From Opitutales bacterium (GTDB taxonomy: Bacteria; Verrucomicrobiota; Verrucomicrobiia; Opitutales; PNEW01), in contig CBDANS010000007.1 in assembly GCA_965197745.1 (NCBI GenBank), positions 1,024,001 through 1,088,000 on the forward strand: 64,000 bases of DNA, read 5' to 3'. The notes beneath the pieces were generated by a model. The model was not told the origin of the DNA and did not search any database. It worked only from the letters and a program-made list of their open reading frames with translations. Position numbers and translations under genes: made by a program. Of this stretch, positions 1-10,437 are shown piece after piece; position 1 is the stretch's first letter, and every line of letters begins with the position of its first letter.

Positions 1-92
1 GTCGTGAAGGTTATCGGATGATGGCGGAACGTCTCGGCGGAGTGCCCAAAACGAATTTCGACCGTGTCATTGCCATGGACTCGCGGGCGTGA
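1..92 (+). CDS. 3' end of an unknown CDS running in from the window edge
   Basis: Open frame REGYRMMAERLGGVPKTNFDRVIAMDSRA* ends at TGA 90-92, followed by an intergenic repeat cluster. Confidence 0.45.
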   Translation, partial: REGYRMMAERLGGVPKTNFDRVIAMDSRA

Positions 93-103
93 TTGAATGA
101 AAT

Positions 104-493
104 CTTCGTCTTCGCTTGCCACGGCGTAGTCTCGCGATCACGAGACGAAGACGGGTCTGCCTCTTCGTCCCTATTGTCATTGCGAGGAGTGAAGCGACGA
201 AGTAATCCAGGGGGATGTCTGTTGCGTGATCATAGTCCCTTATTATAAGGTTTCACTCAGTAGTACGATTGCTGATCTACATTATACTAAAAGTCATTCA
301 TATTTCTCAGTAGCTACGATCTGTCTTTACCCCTGTTGTCGCATTGTCTTTGTATAAATATTACTTATTTAATATTTAAATTTAAGATAGGAACCCTTTT
401 TGGAAAGATCTGCGAGGAGACTGGTGCCCATATGCACAATGACTATTTGCCTGGATTGCCGCGGTCAGCTGATAGCCTCCCTCGCAATGACAA
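104..493. repeat. Intergenic palindrome cluster: 41-nt mini-insert (115-155) plus an inverted RPE/REP-like pair (176-210, 452-493)
   Basis: TGTCATTGCGAGGAGTGAAGCGACGAAGTAATCCAG and CTGGATTGCCGCG...CTCGCAATGACA are inverted relatives; the pair recurs at 22756-22857. Confidence 0.8.
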
Positions 494-521
494 TAAGGAG
501 GAAGGGGTAACCCCCATATGC

Positions 522-1271
522 TCAATAAGTAGCTCTACCGCCGGAGAGGTCGAAGATCGCGGCGGTGTTGTAACTGGCTTCTTTTGAGACAATAAATGCG
601 GCCATCGAAGCAACTTCCTCCAGTGTGCCACAACGTTTCATGGGTATGCGGGCCATCATGTATTTTGCCTGTTCCTGATCCATGTTTTCGATCATGGATG
701 TCCAGATTAATGCCGGCGCCAGCCCGTTAATGGTTATCCCGGTATCGGTGTATTCTTTTCCCACCGCCTTGACCAGGCCAATGACACCCGCTTTTGAAGT
801 CGAGTATGCACACATGCCGGCGTTACCTTCTTTACCCGCAATGGATGCGACGAGTAAGATTCGACCGTAGTTACGCTTTTTCATTTCAACGAGCGCGTAT
901 TTAGTCATGAGGAAAGAGCCCCGTAAATTTACATCGAGGGTGGCATCGAATTCTGAAGTATCCACTTCGGTAATATTGATTCCATTAGGGCCGATAATGC
1001 CGGCACAGTTGACCATAATGTCCAGCTGACCATATTTAACGGCAACATTATTAATTCCCTCCACTACTGAATTCTCATCCGTCACATCGACAAGATATGA
1101 GTCGATCTCCAGGTTTTTCTCATTGAGTTCCCGCACTGCCAAATTCACTGCGGTTTCGTTTCGATCAAAGACAACGACGGCAGCGCCTTCTTCAGACAGG
1201 CGCTGAGCAATACTTTTTCCCAAACCTCCGGCTCCTCCTGTGACTATGGCTATCTGCTCGTCAAACCGCAT
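522..1271 (-). CDS. SDR family NAD(P)-dependent oxidoreductase (FabG-like)
   Basis: TGGAGGLG Rossmann motif, NCAG, YSTSK catalytic YxxxK, 249 aa. Confidence 0.92.
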   Translation of the reverse strand: MRFDEQIAIVTGGAGGLGKSIAQRLSEEGAAVVVFDRNETAVNLAVRELNEKNLEIDSYLVDVTDENSVVEGINNVAVKYGQLDIMVNCAGIIGPNGINITEVDTSEFDATLDVNLRGSFLMTKYALVEMKKRNYGRILLVASIAGKEGNAGMCAYSTSKAGVIGLVKAVGKEYTDTGITINGLAPALIWTSMIENMDQEQAKYMMARIPMKRCGTLEEVASMAAFIVSKEASYNTAAIFDLSGGRATY

Positions 1272-1317
1272 CTATTTAATGGGATATTTCTATCGAGAAA
1301 GTTTATCAGGGTATGGA

Positions 1318-4038
1318 TCAAGTCTCTTGCTCAATTTCTATACGCACTTCACTTAACTTGGGTGAACCACAGCCGTATAATGATATAAATTCTACCCGGT
1401 ATTGCATCCATTGAGAAGAAGAAGGAAATCCAGGAATTTCTGCTCCTGTCGTCTCATAGTATGACCCATTACCCTCGGGGCCTTGCCAATCAACCTGTTC
1501 AAGTTCCTGAGTGTCATTTCCAAAGCGCAGTTGAAATTTTAATGAGGTAGTTGGCACAATTTCGGCATTCCAATGAATGCGTATGGGTCTTTGCTTATTC
1601 AGCTCTACAGGTGGCCCGATGTAATATTCGTAAGGTTCTCGATTATAGGCATTGCCGTGGTCGCGAGTGGATGTTTCATGAGGTCCCATCCCGGGGAAGC
1701 GGGTTACACGATCGGTAGAAAATCCATCCGAGCCGTTCCAATAGATTATGGAATCGACTTGATGCCCGAGATTATTGCGGTGACAGGTAATGACGAGATC
1801 ATTATAACCGTTGCGGTTAATATCGATCATGAGCGCGGCGGTTGGCGACTCGGCGGGCAGATTCAAAGGATTCTCGAGGTCGATAGTCTTTCCGTTACCC
1901 CAGAATACTTGTGCCGGTAGTTCACGGGTTACCATTGATGAATAAGCAGGCACATATAAATCCAGGTTACCATCATTGTTCAGATCCGCTAAGGCCACAC
2001 AGTGCGCACTGTAGCCCGCCGCCATCTGCTGGGAATTTTCAAGGCTGTAACCATCCGGGCCACCATATAAAATGCAGAGCGTTTCAGGCCGGCGTATATA
2101 ATGTCCCATCATGGCGACAACAATGTCCAGGTAACCGTCCTTATTTATATCTCCCACGTTTAACATGACCCCGCGAGGAGCGGGCAGTTCAATGTCCCAG
2201 GTGCGGTCCGGGGAATAGCCATCGGGACCTCCGAGGTAGATCTTAAGCAATTCATGTTTATCGACGACGATGATATCGAGATAACCGTCATGGTTGACAT
2301 CCGCAAGTCGTGCTGTGCCGTAACAATAGGTGGGAAAGTTTTCTGATCGTTCAGTTGAAAACCCATCCTTTGAACCATAAAAGATCGTTGACGAAGCAGC
2401 CATAGTCTCTGGCCTGTCGTCGTAAGTTAAAGCCATGACGAGTAAGTCGAGATAGCCGTCTCGGTTGAGGTCGGCAACATGCACCTCAAGATTTCCAGTA
2501 AAAACGGTGTTTAAGTCATAATAATTATCAGCTCTCGGTCCATCCGGACCACCGGGAAATACGCGCAAGCCAAATCTGCTGGTGAAAACCAGTTCCGAGT
2601 AACCGTCAAGATCGAGGTCGGCCATGATATACGCATAACCACCACCTACCGGTAAATCTAATCGGCGGTCTACTGAATAATCTGCATTCTCATTGCCGAA
2701 ATAAACATAAGCGGGAAATTCGTCGTAAAATTGAGATGGCCCCCCCATCGTGCTATTGAAAATAACCTCAGGGCGTCCGTCTCCATCAAGGTCGCCCGCG
2801 GTGCACCCCATGGCTCCTGCTGTAGGTAACTTGCTGATTCGCTCGGGTGAAAACCCTTCCGGGCCATTCCAGAAGATCACCGATTCAGTCTCATAAGTCA
2901 CACGATTATCATATTTGCTGACTATCAGGTCAGGGTGGCCGTTGCCGTCCAGGTCTTCAGCATTGACCCAGGTGGCATAAGGCATGGGGAGTTTTGTCTG
3001 CACCGTATGCAAGTCATCGGTTTTTCGGATTTGCACCCCTTCTTCCGTTACAAGAATTAACTCAATTTTACCATCCCCGTCGACATCGGCGACCGTCATA
3101 TTCAAGGCTCCCTGACAGAACATCGTCGTGAACCCTTGCTCCTCAATCGTCGTATAATTTTCCGGGTCAAACACACCCCCCTTATTCCAGAAAATCCTTA
3201 CTTCATCCCCCCCGCAGAAAATAACTTCGTTAAAGCCGTCTTCATTCAGATCAGCGAGAAATACGCGCAGGGCAAAATGTGTGGGAAGAAGAAAGGGGTT
3301 TTCCGTGTCAAACCCCTGATCCGAACCCCAGTAAATATATGAATCAGTGTCATGAATATATTGATCGCGATAGTTGGCGACGACGAGATCAAGCTTCCCA
3401 TTACCGTTGAGATCGGCACACGCTACTGATACCGCAGCCATGCCGCTTAATCCGTAATGGGTGGTAGCGTTTTCAAACTCCCGAGGATTTGTTTGACGGA
3501 AAACCTGAATATCCCTCAGTTCACCGGCATTATGATGGTCGACCCAGGCTGATGGAAAGATCAGGTCGAGACGCCCTTCGCCCTGCAAGTCAACGGCGGC
3601 AACATCGTAGGCACCAACAGTCGAAAATTCCACGCGTTCTCCGGTCAGGCCCTGTGGGCCACCCCAGTAAACATAGGATGGCAACTCCGAGGTAACACCG
3701 TTTTCACCATTGGCAACAATCAAGTCGAGGTATCCGTCGCCATCAACATCGACTGCACGACTCATCCAGCCGCTATCATTGGGAAGAACCTGTTGCGGCC
3801 AGTCTTTCCCTTCTCCTTTACCGATTTTATAGATGGTGGTGGGACCACGCTCAATATAGCCATGAGAATTGGGCAGGACGATATCGACGAAACCGTTATT
3901 ATTAACATCCGTCCGGTGAATCCGTTCGATGATGCCATTTGCATTCACATAAAGGTTGCTGCCCCCGTCATCAAAACGGCCCTGGGAAAATAGATCGAAG
4001 CCCTTATGCACCCATACATTATTCTCAGGATCAGCCAT
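1318..4038 (-). CDS. FG-GAP/VCBS repeat protein
   Basis: Many DxDGDGxxDL / ADLNxDGxxDL repeats across 906 aa. Confidence 0.9.
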   Translation of the reverse strand: MADPENNVWVHKGFDLFSQGRFDDGGSNLYVNANGIIERIHRTDVNNNGFVDIVLPNSHGYIERGPTTIYKIGKGEGKDWPQQVLPNDSGWMSRAVDVDGDGYLDLIVANGENGVTSELPSYVYWGGPQGLTGERVEFSTVGAYDVAAVDLQGEGRLDLIFPSAWVDHHNAGELRDIQVFRQTNPREFENATTHYGLSGMAAVSVACADLNGNGKLDLVVANYRDQYIHDTDSYIYWGSDQGFDTENPFLLPTHFALRVFLADLNEDGFNEVIFCGGDEVRIFWNKGGVFDPENYTTIEEQGFTTMFCQGALNMTVADVDGDGKIELILVTEEGVQIRKTDDLHTVQTKLPMPYATWVNAEDLDGNGHPDLIVSKYDNRVTYETESVIFWNGPEGFSPERISKLPTAGAMGCTAGDLDGDGRPEVIFNSTMGGPSQFYDEFPAYVYFGNENADYSVDRRLDLPVGGGYAYIMADLDLDGYSELVFTSRFGLRVFPGGPDGPRADNYYDLNTVFTGNLEVHVADLNRDGYLDLLVMALTYDDRPETMAASSTIFYGSKDGFSTERSENFPTYCYGTARLADVNHDGYLDIIVVDKHELLKIYLGGPDGYSPDRTWDIELPAPRGVMLNVGDINKDGYLDIVVAMMGHYIRRPETLCILYGGPDGYSLENSQQMAAGYSAHCVALADLNNDGNLDLYVPAYSSMVTRELPAQVFWGNGKTIDLENPLNLPAESPTAALMIDINRNGYNDLVITCHRNNLGHQVDSIIYWNGSDGFSTDRVTRFPGMGPHETSTRDHGNAYNREPYEYYIGPPVELNKQRPIRIHWNAEIVPTTSLKFQLRFGNDTQELEQVDWQGPEGNGSYYETTGAEIPGFPSSSQWMQYRVEFISLYGCGSPKLSEVRIEIEQET

Positions 4039-4147
4039 GGATCAGATCATGATTTGGATATTGAATAAGGCGAGAAGAAATGACGGGCGTCCCATCGGAT
4101 GGGAATTATTCATTGACTCGCTCTGCTTTATTTTAAATTAGAAGACA

Positions 4148-5692
4148 ATGGCTGGAAATAGTGATTACGATGCACTCATCATTGGTGGTGGTCACAATGG
4201 ATTAGTCTGTGCCGGGTATCTGGCGAAGGCAGGAATGAAGGTGCTTGTGGTCGAACGACGATCGATGATTGGCGGGGCGGCTATCACTGAAGAATTGTTT
4301 CCCGGGTACCGTGTGTCCTCCTGTTCCTATATCTGCCACTTGCTTCAGCCCAAAGTGATTGAGGACTTTGAACTTCATCGTCATGGATTTGAAGTCTATC
4401 ATCTCAATCCCAAACGATTTTGTCCTTATCCGGATGGTCGCAGCTTGCTCTTGTGGGATTCAGACGAAGAATCGCAAAAACACATTGCCAGATTTTCTCA
4501 ACATGATGCCGACGCTTACCCTCAGTGGCTATCTTTCTGGAGGCGAGCCGCGGGGTTAATCTATCCTTATTTTCTCAAACCGCCTCCCGGTCTTGATGAA
4601 CTGAGAGCCAATGTTCAGGGGACCGATGATGAGCCATTTCTCGAACGATTACTCACCGTCAGTATGAAAGAGCTTGTCTGTGAATATTTTGAAGATGAAT
4701 CCATTAGAGGGTCATTTATTTCGACACAGGATGTCGGCGATCCGGCGGCAACGGGCAGTGCGTGGTGTTATAATTTTTTCATGTGCAGCCTGTTCAGTCA
4801 TCCTGAACACATGGGGGTGGTAAAAGGGGGAATGGGAAGTATAACACAGGCATTGGCATCCTCGGTAGAGTCGGAGGGGGTAACCATAATTACAGATGCG
4901 GTGGTGGAACATATTTTAATTAAAGAAAATACGGCAATCGGTATTCACCTGAATGATGGGACGGAAATTAGAAGCGAGATTGTGGTATCCAATGCGGATC
5001 CAAAGAGAACGCTCCTGACTTTAATCGATCATAAGCAACTCCCGGATGATTATTTTCAAAATGCCAAACAATTGAAGACTAATGTGAGTTATTTGAAATT
5101 TCATGCTGCGCTTAACAGGCTGCCTGACTTTTCACGCTATTTTTACGGTGAATTTGACCCCCGCTATTTAGCGATGACTAAAATTTCTCCCTCTATTAAA
5201 TATTTAGAAGAGAGTTGGAATGATGCGTGTAGCGGCAGGCCGGCAAGGGCGCCGGTCATGGAAGTGCAAATACCCTCTGTTTATGATCCGACGATGGCCC
5301 CCGCTGGACATCATGTCCTGTCGATATGGATGCTTTACGCACCTGTTCGTCTGGCGGAAGGAAGCTGGGATGAGCGCCGCCAGGAAGTTGGAGAAGACAT
5401 CATTAAGATTTTAGCTCAATATGCTCCGGATATAAATGACTGTCTGATAGATTGGTCGCTTTTTACGCCATGGGATCTTGAGCAACGTGTTGGATTAACC
5501 GACGGAAATATCCGACATCTGGATATCGTTCCCGATCAATTTCTAGATAAGCGCCCACTCCAGGGATGGGCAGGGTATAAAACACCGCTCCGTAATCTTT
5601 ATCTTTGTGGAGGAGGCACTCATCCGGGAGGTGAAGTCACCGGCGCACCGGGACATAACGCCGCGCATGTGATTTTAAAAGCGCATGCTTGA
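4148..5692 (+). CDS. Phytoene desaturase-like NAD(P)/FAD-dependent oxidoreductase
   Basis: N-terminal IIGGGHNGLVCAGYLA, GGMGSIT, C-terminal LYLCGGGTHPGGEVTGAPGHNAA. Confidence 0.9.
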   Translation: MAGNSDYDALIIGGGHNGLVCAGYLAKAGMKVLVVERRSMIGGAAITEELFPGYRVSSCSYICHLLQPKVIEDFELHRHGFEVYHLNPKRFCPYPDGRSLLLWDSDEESQKHIARFSQHDADAYPQWLSFWRRAAGLIYPYFLKPPPGLDELRANVQGTDDEPFLERLLTVSMKELVCEYFEDESIRGSFISTQDVGDPAATGSAWCYNFFMCSLFSHPEHMGVVKGGMGSITQALASSVESEGVTIITDAVVEHILIKENTAIGIHLNDGTEIRSEIVVSNADPKRTLLTLIDHKQLPDDYFQNAKQLKTNVSYLKFHAALNRLPDFSRYFYGEFDPRYLAMTKISPSIKYLEESWNDACSGRPARAPVMEVQIPSVYDPTMAPAGHHVLSIWMLYAPVRLAEGSWDERRQEVGEDIIKILAQYAPDINDCLIDWSLFTPWDLEQRVGLTDGNIRHLDIVPDQFLDKRPLQGWAGYKTPLRNLYLCGGGTHPGGEVTGAPGHNAAHVILKAHA

Positions 5693-5695
5693 TTA

Positions 5696-5735
5696 GTCAA
5701 AATGTCAAAATGTCAAAAAGTCAAAAGGTCAAAAG
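5696..5735. repeat. 8-bp tandem microsatellite (GTCAAAAN x5)
   Basis: gtcaaaat gtcaaaat gtcaaaaa gtcaaaag gtcaaaag. Confidence 0.85.
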
Positions 5736-5857
5736 GGTGCTATTCCTCTTTTGTCAGGACGTATGATTGCAAGTTGTACTTAGTCTCGCAATGACAATGG
5801 CGTTATCTGATCGCTACTGCAGGGAAGGACAAATAATAATTTAATTATTTCTCCCAA

Positions 5858-6068
5858 GCGGCCACGACGGAGCGTGGCCCTCCATTTCATTATGACAATT
5901 TACTGTGTAACGCGTTGATTGTATGACTTAGTCACGCAATCGATGTACGACTGTTGCCCCTTTGCTTATTATGCGCTATGCATGTAATATTGGGTGTTAA
6001 GTGTTAGCTTTTAGGTAGTTATTGATTTCTATCTGGAGGGCCACGCTCCGTCGTGGCCGCAGTGGCCG
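5858..6068. repeat. Inverted pair of REP-like palindromes (GGAGGGCCACGCTCCGTCGTGGCC family)
   Basis: gcggccacgacggagcgtggccctcca (5858-5884) and tggagggccacgctccgtcgtggccgc (6034-6060); more copies near 9978, 10160-10225, 22430-22640, 25126-25190. Confidence 0.85.
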
Positions 6069-6225
6069 TTTGGATTAAGAAGTTATAATTATTTAAAGGA
6101 CAAAGATGAAGACTAAGATATCATGCACAATTCTTAATATAATCCGATCGGAAATAGATACTTCGTTTAATTTAAAAATTGCGTTTGATAAATTCCGGGT
6201 GTTCCCCATGCTTTTTGCGATTATT

Positions 6226-7689
6226 ATGAGTGAACAGAGCCAGGAAGACACCCACGACCTTTATGCTGTCCGTTTGAAGAAGCTGCAATCAATGCGGGAA
6301 GAAGGCTATGACCCTTTTCTCGAAAATTGTGAACAGACACACACATCAGCCCAAGCGCAGGTAGTATATACGGATGACGAAGACAACAGCCCGGTGGTAA
6401 AAGTAGCGGGCCGGATGACAGTATTTCGACTCATGGGAAAAGCTGCCTTTGTCAAAATTCTCGATCGTGATGGTCTCATTCAGCTCTATTTTAAGCGCGA
6501 TGAGGTAGGGGAGGACGCTTACCGAGAATTCAAGAAGCTTGATCTCGGTGACATTATCGGAGCGGAGGGTCCCTTATTTAAAACGAAGACGGGAGAAATT
6601 ACAGTCCGCGTGCAAAGCTATAAACTGGTTTGCAAAGCCTTACGCCCTTTGCCCGAAAAGTGGCATGGTTTGACCGACAATGAACAGGTTTACCGGCAGC
6701 GCTATCTCGATCTCATAGTCAACCCGGAATCACGCGAGCGTTTCGTCAAGCGCAGCAAGATCGTCTCCTGTATTCGACGCTATCTTGATGACCGGGGATT
6801 TCTCGAAGTGGAAACACCGGTTCTACAGGTCGAGGCAGGAGGAGCGGCGGCTCGCCCTTTTACTACTCACTTCAATGCTTTGGATTGTGACTTTTATCTT
6901 CGCATTGCCTTGGAGCTGCATCTCAAACGCTTGCTCGTAGGAGGATTTGACCGTGTTTATGAATTAGGGCGTTGTTTTCGCAATGAAGGGTTATCCCGGC
7001 GCCATAACCCCGAATTTACGATCCTGGAAGTTTACCAGGCTTACACCGATTACCGGGGAATGATGGGTCTTATCCATGATATGCTCCTCACTATCTGTGG
7101 GGAGGTGTTAAATGCGACACAATTTGAACGACCCGATGGTCAGATTATAGATTTAAACGGAAATTGGCGCGAGGCTTCCTATAAAGATTTGATCAGGGAA
7201 TATACCCATGATCCGGAATGGTTTAACCGCAGCAAAGAGGAAATGCTCGCAAAGTGTAAGGACCTCGAAATTGAAGTAAATCCCCAGCTCGAAAATTTTG
7301 AAATTACCAATAATGTTTTCGAGAAAGTTGTAGAACCCACGCTTATTCAACCGACATTTGTTACACATTTACCAAGAGAGCTTGTTCCCCTGGCCAAGCT
7401 TACTCGTGGTGATGAAAGCACGATCGATGTTTTTGAATTATGCCTTAACGGGCAGGAAATAGTTCCCGCCTACTCGGAACAAAATGATCCTTTAATGCAG
7501 CGCGATATGTTTGCCTCCCAAGCTGGGGAAGAAATTCAAAAGATCGACGAAGATTTTATCACCGCTTTAGAACACGGTATGCCACCCGCCGGAGGGATGG
7601 GGGTTGGCATCGATCGGCTGCTTATCCTTCTCTCTGGCGCGCCGAGCATTCGCGACACCATCCTTTTCCCTTCGATGAGGCCGATTTAA
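6226..7689 (+). CDS. lysS: Lysine--tRNA ligase (class II)
   Basis: OB-fold anticodon domain, YRQRYLDL, GGAAARPF, FRNEG...HNPEF, GMPPAGGMGVGIDRL; likely start ATG 6226. Confidence 0.97.
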   Translation: MSEQSQEDTHDLYAVRLKKLQSMREEGYDPFLENCEQTHTSAQAQVVYTDDEDNSPVVKVAGRMTVFRLMGKAAFVKILDRDGLIQLYFKRDEVGEDAYREFKKLDLGDIIGAEGPLFKTKTGEITVRVQSYKLVCKALRPLPEKWHGLTDNEQVYRQRYLDLIVNPESRERFVKRSKIVSCIRRYLDDRGFLEVETPVLQVEAGGAAARPFTTHFNALDCDFYLRIALELHLKRLLVGGFDRVYELGRCFRNEGLSRRHNPEFTILEVYQAYTDYRGMMGLIHDMLLTICGEVLNATQFERPDGQIIDLNGNWREASYKDLIREYTHDPEWFNRSKEEMLAKCKDLEIEVNPQLENFEITNNVFEKVVEPTLIQPTFVTHLPRELVPLAKLTRGDESTIDVFELCLNGQEIVPAYSEQNDPLMQRDMFASQAGEEIQKIDEDFITALEHGMPPAGGMGVGIDRLLILLSGAPSIRDTILFPSMRPI

Positions 7690-7783
7690 ATATTCAGGCT
7701 GATTATATGCCGCGAGGGATCATTATTTAATTAGCCTTTTCTATAATAACTATGCGGCCAATCGAATAAAGCCGGTTACAACA

Positions 7784-9016
7784 ATGCCCTGGTACCTTTA
7801 TCTAGCCCTCAAACAGCTGTTCCCTTCGGGAAGGCGGGTGTCCTTCTTTTTTCTTATTGCCGTCTGTGGAGTCATGCTTGGGGTTATGCTCCTGGTAATT
7901 GTGCAAAGTGTGATGGGTGGGTTTGGACAAATATACCGGGAAAAAATTGTCGAGACTAACGGGCACATTCGCATCGAATCCGGGGAGGTCATGTATGATC
8001 ATGAAAACCTCCTGGATATTCTCTCAGGGAGGCCCGAAGTGGCGGCCGCTTTGCCCTACGCGCATGGAGTCGTGATGCTTCAACATGATAGCCGTCCAGC
8101 ATTTCCTGCGGTACGAGGAATCGATATGGAACGCGAAGGTGAAAGTGTCATACCCATTGAAGATTACCTTATCCTGGGCGGACTCAGTGATCTTGATGAT
8201 GACGCGGTATTTTTAAGCAGAAGCCTCGCATCCTCTATCGGTGCAACCCTGGATTCAACGGTTGAGGTCTATACACCTCTAATTATTGATAAGCTGAACC
8301 AGGAGGAGTTAATTCTCCCTCGAGAGCTGAAAGTAGCCGGAATATACGAAACGGGATGGCATGAGTTTGATAGCAATACGATGCTCACGACTTTACGTCT
8401 CATGCAGGAACTCTATAATTTGGAGGGGGGTGTCCATGGTGTGGCCGTTCGTCTAAAACCCGGTTACGACGAAGAAAAAGTTGCCGCGCTATTAAGAGAA
8501 AAAATTTCCCCTCCTAATCGACCCATGACATGGCTGGATATGTATGAAGATCTTCTCTGGATATTGAAGCTGGAAAAGAATATGCAATTTTTCCTTCTCC
8601 TCTTTATCGTAATCGTTGCGGCATTCGCGATTTCCAATGCTCAATTGCATACGGTGGTCAGAAAAACACGTGAAATTGGTCTTCTCGGCGCCCTTGGGGG
8701 GCAACCACGTCAACTCATTACCTGCTATTGTTTTCAAGGATTCTTCATCGGTGTGTTTGGCACCCTGTTGGGTGTCATCGTTGGACTTGTCGCCCTCCAT
8801 TTTCGCAATGATATTATTCATGGGTTTGCCAGGTTGACGAAAAGCGAGGATGTCCTCGTCAGGTTTTATCAATTTGCTGAAATTCCGGTTCATTACACAG
8901 GAAATGATTTTATCGCCATATGCGTAAGTGTTCTTTTCCTGACTACCCTGGCCGGAATGATTCCCGCCTGGTACGCGGCACGCATGAAACCCGCCGAAGC
9001 ATTGCGCAATGAATGA
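7784..9016 (+). CDS. lolE: Lipoprotein-releasing ABC transporter permease (LolC/E family)
   Basis: MacB/FtsX topology, REIGLLGALG, PAWYAARMKPAEALRNE; follows lysS and overlaps the ATPase gene. Confidence 0.85.
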   Translation: MPWYLYLALKQLFPSGRRVSFFFLIAVCGVMLGVMLLVIVQSVMGGFGQIYREKIVETNGHIRIESGEVMYDHENLLDILSGRPEVAAALPYAHGVVMLQHDSRPAFPAVRGIDMEREGESVIPIEDYLILGGLSDLDDDAVFLSRSLASSIGATLDSTVEVYTPLIIDKLNQEELILPRELKVAGIYETGWHEFDSNTMLTTLRLMQELYNLEGGVHGVAVRLKPGYDEEKVAALLREKISPPNRPMTWLDMYEDLLWILKLEKNMQFFLLLFIVIVAAFAISNAQLHTVVRKTREIGLLGALGGQPRQLITCYCFQGFFIGVFGTLLGVIVGLVALHFRNDIIHGFARLTKSEDVLVRFYQFAEIPVHYTGNDFIAICVSVLFLTTLAGMIPAWYAARMKPAEALRNE

Positions 9017-9701
9017 TACTCAGATGATTTTAAAAGTTGATACTCTGACGAAATCTTTTCGCAGTGGCAGTAGAACAATTGAAGTATTGCGGGGAATTGA
9101 TTTGAGTCTGCAAAAGGGTGAGAGTGTAAGCATCCGTGGAGAGTCCGGCAGTGGTAAAACGACATTACTCAATTTAATTGCCAACCTGGAATCTCCCGAT
9201 GAGGGAGCGGTATATTGGGGTGAGACTTCTATGTTTAAGCTGTCCGCTTCATCTCAAGCCAGGCAGCGAGCGGTCTACCTGGGTATGGTTTTTCAAGCTT
9301 ATTATCTTATTCCCGAGCTCAATGCTGTGGAAAATGTATTAATGGCAGCTCGTATTCTTGGCCCTCCGGGTCGAAAAGAAAAATCGCGCGCCCTCGAATT
9401 ACTTGAGCGTGTTGGTCTGAATGAGAGACTGTATAGTGATACCCTGAAACTATCGGGAGGGGAACGCCAGCGTGTGGCTGTAGCGCGTGCGCTGATGAAC
9501 AGGCCGTCACTTATTCTCGCCGACGAGCCCACGGGAAACCTGGACGAAAATACCGGTGAAGGAATTATTAATATACTCCTGGAAATATGCCGTGAAGAAA
9601 ATGCCAGTCTTGTTCTCGTCACGCATAACCCGGAATACGCAATGCGAACGCAACGACAGCTCCTACTCCATTTGGGTAAACTGCATCAAAATGGGGACTG
9701 A
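9009..9701 (+). CDS. lolD: Lipoprotein-releasing ABC transporter ATP-binding protein
   Basis: GESGSGKTT, LSGGERQRVAVARAL, ADEPTGNLD, VTH. Confidence 0.88.
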   Translation: MNDTQMILKVDTLTKSFRSGSRTIEVLRGIDLSLQKGESVSIRGESGSGKTTLLNLIANLESPDEGAVYWGETSMFKLSASSQARQRAVYLGMVFQAYYLIPELNAVENVLMAARILGPPGRKEKSRALELLERVGLNERLYSDTLKLSGGERQRVAVARALMNRPSLILADEPTGNLDENTGEGIINILLEICREENASLVLVTHNPEYAMRTQRQLLLHLGKLHQNGD

Positions 9702-9729
9702 TACGGAGTGTGATGCCATTAAAAGAATA

Positions 9730-10362
9730 GCTTCGTCTTCGCTTGCCTCTTGTTCTTCGTCTAGGATCAAGATAGCCACAAAAGGCACATAAAGCACAAG
9801 AGATACAAAAGACACACGATGGAAGAATGGAAGGGTGGATGATTGGATGGACGAAGTAATTATCATAAATCAACAAAGCTTCGTCTCTACATGCCACGGC
9901 GTAGTCTTGTAGTCGCGGGACGAAGAATTCACGCGTTGTCGTGAACGTCATAAAATATTTAAAACAAGGGATTAAAATGGAGGGATGCGCGTTGTCGCGT
10001 CCGCTTTGCAGCACGATTATGCAATAGGTCGATAATTAGAGGACTAATGCAGTAATCTTCGTCTTCGCTTGCCACGGCGTAGTCCCGCCACCGCGGGGCG
10101 AAGACGGGTCTGCCTCTTGGTCTTCGTCCTTTAATTTGCACTATATTTTGTCTCTCCCAGCGGCCACGACAACGCGTGGCCCTCCAATTTATTTTTCTGG
10201 AGGGACGCACTCCGTTGCGTCCGCTTAGGAGTATGATCATGGAAATTTAATAGAATAAAAGTAAGCCTCAAAACACTTTCTTTTTTTGTGAATTTTGTGC
10301 CTTTTGTGGCTACATTAATCAAGGACGCAGACGCAGACGCAGACGAAGACCAAGACGAAGAT
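9730..10362. repeat. Composite intergenic repeat field (GACGAA simple repeats, REP pairs, 41-nt mini-insert 10068-10108, inverted GCCACAAAAGGCAC pair)
   Basis: gccacaaaaggcac at 9775 with its inverse at about 10297-10310; REP copies 9978-10003 and 10160-10225. Confidence 0.8.
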
Positions 10363-10437
10363 TTATATATAATCTGAATAACCTTTATGTAATTGACGGC
10401 TTGTCAGGAGGTAGCATGTCGGTCTTTAATATCGAAG